DNA of 32,000 nt, from positions 150,001 to 182,000 of the forward strand of contig NZ_CP065581.1 in the NCBI RefSeq assembly GCF_018389705.1, given 5' to 3'. The stretch is from Mycoplasma mycoides subsp. capri. Its GTDB lineage: Bacteria; Bacillota_I; Bacilli_A; Mycoplasmatales; Mycoplasmataceae. The notes beneath the pieces were generated by a model that searched no databases, was not told where the DNA came from, and worked only from the letters and a program-made list of their open reading frames with translations. This document shows positions 11,354 through 20,272 of the stretch, one piece after another. The position numbers and the translations under genes were made by a program. Every line of letters starts with the position of its first letter. Position 1 is the first letter of the stretch.

Positions 11354-14182
11354 ATGTTTTTATTTAAAAAGAGAAAGTTTTCTCCTAAAAAAATAACAAG
11401 ACACAAAAAAAAGACTCATTTTGCAAATGAAAGATTTATAAAACAAGTTAGTAATTTAGAACAAAACGAAGTATTAGAAATAATGCAATTACAACATTTT
11501 GGTTTAACTAATGAACAATATGAATCAAGATTAAAAAAATATGGTACTAATGAATTAAAAAAGAAAAGATTCAATTTAATAGCTGAATTTTTACACGCTT
11601 TTTTTGGACCATTTAATATTGTTTTATTACTAATTTCTTTATACAATTTTATTTCATATGCAACAAATGGGTTTTATCAAGATACAAATTCAAGTGATTC
11701 TAAATTTGAATTAGTTGGAGCATTAATTATTTTAGTAATGGTTTTAGCTAGTGGGTTAGCTTCATTTATTCAATCTTTACGTTCTCATTTAGTGACTAAA
11801 AAAATTAGTTCTATTGTTAAAAGTACTACTAATATCATTAGACATAAAAATGATGAAGATGTAGAAGATTATTTAAAAATTACTAAAAGAAATCAATTAG
11901 ATTTAATTAGACTTGGTGAAGAAATTGATGTTAAGCAATTAGTTCCAGGTGATTTAATCTATTTATCAAGTGGTGATATGTTACCAGCTGATGCTAGAAT
12001 CATTCAATCAACTGATTTATTTATTAATCAATCATCTTTAACTGGAGAATCAATACCAGTTGAAAAACATGCAAACAATAAAAAAAATACAAATAATATT
12101 TTAGATTTAGAAAATATTTGCTATACAGGAACTAGTGTTGTTTCTGGTAGTGCTTTAGCTGTAGTTTTAGCAACTGCAAATGACACTTACTTTTCAACTA
12201 TTAGTAAAGCCATTTTAGAAAAACGTCCTGATTCAAGTTTTACTAAAGGAATTAAACAAGTAACAAGAATGTTATTAATTTTTATGCTTGTAATGGTTCC
12301 AACTGTTTATTTAGCAAAATCAATTATTGGAACTATTTCAAGTGGTGGAAGTTTTGATAATATTAAAGACAATCCTTGATTTCAAGCAATCTTTTTTGCT
12401 GTAGCAGTTGCAGTTGGATTAACTCCTGAAATGTTACCAATGATAGTAACTACTAATTTAGCAAATGGAGCTTCTAAAATGTCAAAACAAAAAGTTGTTG
12501 TAAAACAATTAGAAGCAATTCAGTCACTTGGAGCTATTGATGTTTTATGTACTGATAAAACTGGTACATTAACAAATGATAAAATCGAACTTGTTGACTA
12601 TTTAAGAGTGGATAAAAAAGCAGATCCAACATTACTAAAATATTTATATATTAATAGTTATTATCAAACTGGGTTAAAAAATCCAATGGATAAAGCAATT
12701 GTTGATTATGTTAATAAACACAATCATAACTTTTCTATTCAAGATATTACTAAAATTGATGAAATACCTTTTGATTTTAATAGAAGAAAACTAACTATTA
12801 TTTTTGATGATGAAAACGAAAAACGTTTTATGGTTACAAAAGGTAGTGTTGAAGAAATTTTAAATTCTTGTACAAGAGTTATTCAAGATGATAAAGTTGT
12901 TAATTTAACTGATACTTTTAAAAGACAAATTATTGCTTATTATGAAACTATTAATCAGCAAGGTAAACGTCTATTAGGTGTTGCTTATAAAAAAATTAGA
13001 GATAATCAAGCTAAGTTTAGTCCAAAAGATGAAGAATCATTAATCTTTATGGGATTTGCATCATTTTTAGATACACCAAAGCCATCAACAAAACAAACTA
13101 TTAAGTTATTAAAAAAATATGGTGTTGATTTAAAAATTTTAACTGGAGATAGTGAACCTATAACTAGAGCTATTTGTAAAATGGTTAATTTAGATATCAA
13201 AGGTTTAGTAACTGGTGAAGAAATTGATGCTGCTAGTGAATATGAATTAAAAAAGATTGTTGAAGATAATAATATTTTTGTTAAGTTAAATCCGTTACAA
13301 AAAGTAAAAATTATTCAAGTTTTAAAACAAAATAATCACGTAGTTGGTTATATGGGAGATGGTATTAATGATGCTCCTGTGTTAAGACAATCTGATGTTG
13401 CTATTTCAGTTAATAATGCAACAGAAATTGCAAAAGATGCTAGTGATATTATTTTATTAGAAAAATCATTACTAGTTTTAGAAAAAGGAATTATCCAAGG
13501 AAGAACTATTTTTGGAAATATTTTAAAATATATTAAAATTACAACTGCTTCTAATTTTGGTAATGCTTTATCAGTTTTAATTGGAACAGTTTGATTGCCA
13601 TTTTCACCAATGGCACCAGCTCAAATTTTATTACAAAACTTAATTTATGACTTTTCACAATTTGGAGTAGCATTAGATAGAGTTGATTCTACATTTTTAA
13701 CTTCTCCACAACGATGGCAATCAAAAGATCTTTTACCATTTACAACAATTAATGGTTCGATAAGTACGATTTTTGATTTAATTACATTTGCAATTGCTGG
13801 TTATTATTTTGGCTTTATTACTAGTTATAATAGTGCAATAGCTCAAAATAATAGTTTATTAGCAGCTCAATCACTAGCTCAATTCCATGCTTGTTGATTT
13901 ATTATTGGATTATTATCTCAAACATTTGTTTTCCAAATATTGCGTACTGAACAACTACCAGTAATTCAATCTCGTTCAACTTGACCAGTTTATGTAATTG
14001 GAGCACTAGCTACAATAATGGCGTTTTCTATTGTTTATATAAGTCAAATTGGAACTTTAGTTCAACTGCAAAGTCCTGGTTTGATTTATATTCCAATTTC
14101 TATAGCTATTATATTTAGTTATTGTTTAATAGCTCAATTAGCTAAAGTAGGTTATAAAAAAGTCTTTAAAAAATGATTATAA
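11354..14182 (+). CDS. mgtA: Mg2+-importing P-type ATPase (MgtA/MgtB family)
   Basis: Track ORFs 11354-12379, 12431-13594 and 13595-13897 and the 3' segment share one frame, joined by TGA codons. It carries TGES, the phosphorylation motif CTDKTGTLT, and the hinge GDGINDAP. The fused product is 942 aa, with TAA at 14180. The Mg2+ assignment is by family resemblance. Confidence 0.85.
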
Positions 14183-14206
14183 AATAAGATATATAATTTT
14201 ACTACA

Positions 14207-14246
14207 AAAGTTCAAATACAAAATTTGTGTTTGAACTTTTTCTTTT
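14207..14246 (+). terminator. Rho-independent terminator after mgtA
   Basis: aaagttcaaataca (14207-14220) pairs with tgtgtttgaacttt (14226-14239) with one U-G wobble, followed by a T-rich run. Confidence 0.75.
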
Positions 14247-14286
14247 TATTAAAAATATTTTTACAAATTAATTTTAAAAACCATAA

Positions 14287-14326
14287 TTTTGATAAATTTG
14301 TCAAAAATTCTTTAAATGCTTTAAAG
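14287..14326. promoter_or_regulatory. Two adjacent inverted repeats upstream of the arc cluster (candidate operator/promoter region)
   Basis: The first is ttttgaTaaatttGtcaaaa (14287-14306), with half-sites TTGATAAA and TTGACAAA. The second is ctttaaa-tgc-tttaaag (14310-14326). Both lie 115-155 nt upstream of arcB. Confidence 0.3.
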
Positions 14327-14442
14327 AGAGATAATTATTATACAAGGAGATGATAACATGTACACTTTTGCATTTATTTCTTTAAGTAGTTTATATAATT
14401 AATTTCATATTTAAATAGAATAATAGAAAATGAGTGATTTAT

Positions 14443-15438
14443 ATGGCTTTAAATTTAAAAGGTAGAAGTTTTTTAAAATTATTAGATTTTTGTCCAAGAG
14501 AAATTAGATACTTATTAGATTTATCTAGAGATTTAAAAAGAGCAAAATATACTGGTAATGAAATTCAAACAATGCAAGGAAAAAATGTTGTTTTATTATT
14601 TCAAAAAGATTCAACTAGAACAAGATGTGCATTTGAAGTAGCTGCTTTAGATCAAGGAGCTCACGTTACTTATTTAGGACCATCTGGATCACAATTTGGT
14701 AAAAAAGAATCAGTAGCAGATACTGCTAGAGTTTTAGGCAGAATGTATGATGCTATTGAATTTAGAGGATATGATCAAGCTGTTGTTGAAGAGTTAGCAA
14801 AATATTCAGGAGTTCCAGTTTATAATGGATTAACTAATGAGTTTCACCCAACTCAAATTCTTGCTGACTTTTTAACAGTTGAAGAATACAAAGGAAATCT
14901 AAAAGGTTTAAAATTTGTTTTTGCTGGAGATACTAGAAACAATGTTGCAACTTCATTAATGATAGGTTGTGCAAAAATGGGAATGCATTTTGTTGGTGCT
15001 GCTCCAAAACAATTATGACCAAGTCAAGATTTAATCGATCAATCTAAAGAAATTGCAAAAGAAACTAATGCTATTATTTCATTTACTGAAGATATGAAAC
15101 AAGCATGCAGTGATGCTGATGTAATTTATACTGATGTTTGAGTTTCAATGGGAGAACCAGCTGAAGTATGAGAATCACGTATTAATCTATTAAAACCATA
15201 TCAAGTTAATATGGATGCAATAAAAGTTGCTAAACCTGATGTAATCTTTATGCATTGTTTACCATCATTTCACGATTTAAATACTGAAATCGGAAGACAA
15301 ATTTATGAAAAATTTAACATTCCTGAAATGGAAGTAACAAACGAAGTATTTGAATCTAAACATTCAGTTGTTTTTGAACAAGCTGAAAACAGACTTCACA
15401 CAATTAAAGCTGTTATGGTAGCTACAATTGGTAAATAA
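14443..15438 (+). CDS. arcB: Ornithine carbamoyltransferase (catabolic context)
   Basis: ATG at 14443. [16 protein letters not shown]... carries the STRTR carbamoyl-phosphate motif, HPTQ and HCLP. 14434-15018 and 15211-15438 are joined in frame through three TGA codons. The product is 331 aa. Confidence 0.93.
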
Positions 15439-15447
15439 TTCTAATTT

Positions 15448-16980
15448 ATGATAGTAAGTGAAGAAAAACTCATAAATAAACAGAACAAAATTGCTAAGAA
15501 AAAACATAAAGTTGAGATGATTTCAGCTTTTTCCATTCTATTTCTAATTATTGCAACTCTAATAATACTTTCATGAATATTTAAATGAACAAATACTACT
15601 GTTAAAATAGGACAAAATCAAGAAAAAATAATTGCACTAGGATTTTTTGATCTATTTAAAGCTCCATTAAAAGGTTTTGTTCAAAGAGCACAAATTATAG
15701 TTTTTGTTTTAACTATGGGAGCTTATATTAATGTTATTGTTGCTTCTAAAGCTTTAGAAGGTTTTTCTCAAACTATTGTTAGAAAAATGAAAGGAAAAGA
15801 AATCTGATCACTTATTCCGTTGATGATTTTCTTTTCTATTTGTGGAACAACAGTAGGATTAGCTGAAGAAGTAATAGCATTTCAAATGATTTGTATTCCT
15901 TTAATGGTAGCTGCAGGATTTGATAAATTTACTGGACTAATAGCAGTGCTAATTGGAACTGGAGTTGGTGTTTTAACATCAACTGTTAATCCGTTTGCTA
16001 TTGGAATAGCTGTAACTAATTTAAATAAAGGATTAGATAAACAGATTACAAGTGTATCTGATGGCTTAGTTTGACGTATAATTTGTTGAATAATTCTAAC
16101 TGCTCTTTCAATAGTTTTAGTAATGTTATATGCTAAGAAAGTAAAAAAAGATCAAACAAAATCAGTAGTATTTAAAACTTTAACAGAAGATAAAGAATTT
16201 TATTTATCTAATTCAGCTGAAAAAATAGTAATGGATTGAAAAAAGAAAACTAATTTAATAGTCTTTTTGATATCACTTATATTAATGGTTGTTTATTTAA
16301 TAGGTTGAGATGATATTTTTCATACAACACATTCAGCTGATTTTGCAAGATGAATAAGAAATAATATACCTTATCTAACAGGAACAGATAAAGGATTTGG
16401 TAATGGTTCAGTTGATTCAGTAGCTGCTATATTTTTAATCACAGCAATAATTATGGGTATTATTAATGGATCTAGTGAAAAACAATTTTTAAAAGATTTT
16501 ATTAATGGTGCTTCTAGATTGTTAAATGTATGTTTAATTATTGCGGTTGCTGCTGGTATAGGATGAATTTTAAAAGAAAGTCATATGCAAGAATTATTTG
16601 TCGAATCTCTTTCTAATTCTTTAGGTTCACTTAAATCTCCTATTTTAATTCTTTTAATAATGTTTATTTTCTTTATACCATTATCATTTTTAATACCATC
16701 AACTTCAGGATTTGCAACTGCTGTATTTCCTTTATTAGGTGGAGTAGTTATTAAAAATACAGATATACTAGCTTCTGGATCTATTACAGCATTCTCATTT
16801 GCTTCTGGATTAGTTAATTTAATAACTCCAACATCAGGTATTGTTATGGGTTCAATAGCAGTTGCTAGAATGGATTATGCTAAATTTATAAAATCAATGG
16901 CACCTTATATGTTGATTCTTACAACTAGTTCTTTAACTTTATTACTAATTGGAGCATCCATTGGAAAAACAATTGCTTAA
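15448..16980 (+). CDS. YfcC/DcuC-like polytopic permease (ArcD-like putative arginine/citrulline-ornithine exchanger)
   Basis: ATG at 15448. A single frame joins the track fragments 15820-16074 and 16585-16980 through about 10 TGA codons, read codon by codon. The product is 510 aa and highly hydrophobic, and the gene sits between arcB and arcC. The family call is by resemblance and context. Confidence 0.7.
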
Positions 16981-16992
16981 GAAAGGGAAAAT

Positions 16993-17925
16993 ATGTCAAA
17001 AATCGTAATTGCAATTGGTGGAAATGCTTTAGGTAATTCACCAACTGAGCAATTAGAAATTGTTAAAAAAACAGCAAAATCTTTAGTAGATTTTATTGTT
17101 CAAGGTAATGATATTGTAATTGTTCATGGTAATGGTCCTCAAGTTGGAATGATTAATAATGCTTTTGATATTGCAAATAAAAATGAAGTTAAATCTCCTA
17201 TTTTAGACTTTCCTGAATGTGGGTCTATGAGTCAAGGATATATTGGATATCATCTACAACAAGCAATAGATAATGAATTAAAACTAAGAAATATTAATAA
17301 GCCAACAGTTAGTTTAATTACTCAAACTTTAGTTGATAAAAATGATGCAGCATTTTTAAAACCAACTAAACCAATTGGATCATTTATGAATGAAAGTGAA
17401 GCAAAAAAACTAGCTGAACAAAATAACTGAAATATTTCTGAAGATGCAGGACGTGGTTGTAGAAGAGTCATTGCTTCACCAAAACCAATTGATATTATTG
17501 AAAAAGATGCAATATTACAATTAGTTAATAATTCATTTATTGTGATTGCTGGAGGTGGTGGTGGAATTCCTGTTTATTTAAAAGATGATAAACTAGTAGG
17601 AATTGCTGCTGTTATTGATAAAGATTTTGCAGCAGCTAAAATTGCTGAAATAATTGGTGCAGAAAGCTTAATTATTTTAACTGCAATTGATAAAGTAATG
17701 ATTAACTATAAAAAAGAAAATCAACAAGCTTTAGATCAAATAACTTTAGCTCAAGCTCAAGAATATATTGATCAAAACCAATTTGCACCAGGTTCAATGC
17801 TTCCAAAAGTACAAGCTGTTATGTCATTTGTTAAAAAAACTAATGGTAAACCAGCTTATATTGGTTCACTAGAACAAGCTGATAAAGTTTTACAAAACCT
17901 AAATGGAACTAAATTTATTAAATAA
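16993..17925 (+). CDS. arcC: Carbamate kinase
   Basis: MSKIVIAIGGNAL...VIVHGNGPQVG..., then TGA (Trp), then NISEDAGRGCRRVIASPKP...IAGGGGGIP. The fragments share one frame. The product is 310 aa. Confidence 0.93.
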
Positions 17926-17926
17926 T

Positions 17927-17951
17927 AAAAAAAGTAGTTATTAACTACTTT
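17927..17951 (-). terminator. Rho-independent terminator for the convergent glucokinase gene
   Basis: aaagtagtta (17931-17940) pairs with taactacttt (17942-17951). On the - strand the stem is followed by a U-run (the plus-strand A-run at 17927-17933). Confidence 0.55.
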
Positions 17952-17953
17952 AT

Positions 17954-17986
17954 AAGTTCAAATGTTAAAAGCATTTGAACTTTTTT
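17954..17986 (+). terminator. Rho-independent terminator for arcC
   Basis: aagttcaaatg (17954-17964) pairs with catttgaactt (17972-17982), followed by T6 (17981-17986). Confidence 0.75.
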
Positions 17987-17992
17987 ATTATA

Positions 17993-18955
17993 TTAATTTG
18001 TTTTTAGTGATTGTTCTAGTGCATAAAAAGCAGCACCAATCATACCAGCATCATTTTTTAATAAAGCTAGTTTAAAATCAACTATATCTTTATAAGAATC
18101 TGTTAATTTATTTTTAACTCCTAATTGAAATAATTCTAATAAATTATTTCCAGCTAATGAACCACCACCAATAACAACAACTTCAGGATCTAAAGCGTGT
18201 ATTAGTAATGACATATGGTTAAACAATTCATCATAAACTTCTAATAAACTGTTTTTTAATTCTATTGGCTTGTTTAAATTATTATAGATTTCAAATAAAA
18301 GTTTCATATCTAAATTTTTAATATTTAAAAAATGCTTATTATAAAATTCCAAATATTTATTCTTTAAAATTGTTAAAAGTGAATTTGGTATAGTTGTTGC
18401 TGAACATACTTTTTCAATACAATTATTTAAACCACAATTACATTTTAAAATGTGATTATTACTTCCACCATGTCCAAATTCTCCAGCAAATCCATGCGAT
18501 CCAGAAATTAGTTTTCCATCACAAATAATTGCTCCACCAATTCCAGTTCCTAATCAATAAAATAATCCTGATTTATAAACTAATCCTGAACCTTTTCTAT
18601 ATTCACCAAGTGCAGCAGCATTAACATCATTAATAACATAAACAGGTTTTTTAAATAGAAATTCAGCTTCGGTTTTTAAATCATAATTAAATCATCCATT
18701 TTCAATATTTGGAGCCATAACTACAATTCCTTTATTATGATCAACAAACCCAGGAGCTGTAATTCCAACTAACATAATGTCATTTTCATCAATATTTAAA
18801 GTTTTTAAAATTTTTGAAATTTCAAAATATAAGTTTTCTATAATTTTAGTTTTTGGATTAGTTATAGAAAAACTATGTTCTAAATCTCCGTTTTGTAAAA
18901 TTACTCCAACTTTTGCTGAAGTCCCACCAAGATCTATTCCTAATATTTTTTTCAT
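17993..18955 (-). CDS. glk: ROK-family glucokinase
   Basis: MKKILGIDLGGTSAKVGV... at the N-terminus and the ROK zinc motif KCNCGLNNCIEKVCSA. Fragments 18692-18955 and 17993-18352 were joined by walking 18353-18691, which contains only TGA and no TAA/TAG. The product is 320 aa. Confidence 0.88.
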
Positions 18956-18989
18956 CTTTTTCCTTAATCATTAAATTTCACTTATTCTA

Positions 18990-18998
18990 ATTATCACA
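18990..18998 (-). promoter_or_regulatory. Candidate extended -10 (TGtGATAAT) for glk
   Basis: The reverse complement of attatcaca (18990-18998) is TGTGATAAT, about 35 nt upstream of the glk ATG. Confidence 0.3.
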
Positions 18999-19050
18999 TT
19001 AAAATTTTTTTAATTTTTATATTAGAATAAAACTAGTAAAAATTAAAAAA

Positions 19051-20178
19051 TTAAGCTAAATTGTTTAATCTTAAATCTTGATATAAAGCATCAAAAAACT
19101 CAGTTTCAACTAGTTTGTTATGTCCGGGATGTGATGATAACATTATTGTCATTGTGATTTTGTTTTTAGTATCAACTAAACCAGATGACCCTAATAATCC
19201 ATCTCAACCATATTCACCAACTTCAGTTAGTGGATATAATTGATTTTTAATTCTAACTCTTCCACCAAAACCATAACTATAATCTTCATTTAAATTTCAA
19301 TTAAAAAACTGTTTTAAATTGTTTTTTGTAAGTTGATCTGATTTCATTTGATTTAATAAATCTAAAGAAATTAATTCATCACCATTTTCTAATTTTCCAT
19401 CAATTAAAACATTTAAAAATTTTAAATAGTCATCAGCTGTTGTAAATAACCCACTACCACCTAAATTACATACTGGTAATTTATCAATTGATTGAAATAA
19501 AAAATCAAAATTTTCTACTTGATCTAAATGATTTTGATCATCTTTATAAGTTCATCTAAAAACATTTGCTTTTCTATTTTTATCAAATAAATAATAATCA
19601 GAATCATTCATATTTAATTTGTTAAAAATTTCTTCTTTTACAAAGTCTCTATATGATTTATTTGAAACTACTTCTATTACTCTACTTAACACATCTAAAC
19701 TTAGTCCATAATATCAATTAGTTGAAGGAACAAATAATAAATCAACCTTACTTAATTCATCACATAATTGCTTTAAAGTATAATTATTAATTTTTCAATC
19801 ATCTAATACTTTTTTAATTTGAAGTTGAGTATTTGTTTTATTACCACTATAAGTCAAACCAGAAGTCATAGTTAATAAGTTTCAGATTTTGATGTTTTTA
19901 TTTTTAAATGAAGGAATGTATTTAGATAAATCGTCATCTAAACTAATTAATTTTTTATCTATTAAAAGTAAAGCTGCTAGTGTAGTTATTGGTTTTGTCA
20001 TTGAATAAGCTTGATAAATTTCATCACCCTTTAATAAGATAGTATTATTTTGGTCATTATATCCAAATTGTTTAGAATAAATAATCTTTTTATCTTTAGC
20101 AATTCTAATAGCTGCATTTTTAAAATATTTTTTATCTATAAAAGAGTTAATTGTTTTTTCGATGTTAACAAATTCCAT
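19051..20178 (-). CDS. Beta-lactamase-fold (PF00144-like) serine hydrolase/esterase
   Basis: ATG at 20178 follows AAAGAGG. The SxxK nucleophile motif is YSMTKPIT and a downstream EYGWDGLLGSSG box is present. I walked 19054-19881 codon by codon and found only TGA. The stop is TAA at 19053-19051. The product is 375 aa. Confidence 0.8.
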
Positions 20179-20226
20179 TATTTTTTTACCTCTTTTTAAT
20201 TTTAAAATAAATTTTAAAATCACTAT

Positions 20227-20256
20227 AAAAAAAATACTCAATAGATAAATTGAGTA
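20227..20256 (-). terminator. Rho-independent terminator after ptsG
   Basis: tactcaat (20235-20242) pairs with attgagta (20249-20256). On the - strand the stem is followed by U8 (the plus-strand A-run at 20227-20234). Confidence 0.7.
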
Positions 20257-20272
20257 CTTTAATTAAAAATTA

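Noticed and set aside
11416-13200. Minus-strand ORFs 11416-11646 and 13006-13200 inside mgtA.
   Set aside because: They are antisense to a full-length P-type ATPase with all signature motifs, and they have no SD or recognisable product.
14183-14442. A remnant of a deleted arcA in the spacer before arcB.
   Set aside because: No frame gives anything resembling arginine deiminase. The region reads as terminator plus promoter/leader only.
18777-18974. A 65-aa plus-strand ORF overlapping the glk 5' end.
   Set aside because: It is antisense to the conserved ROK N-terminus (DLGGT), so it is spurious.
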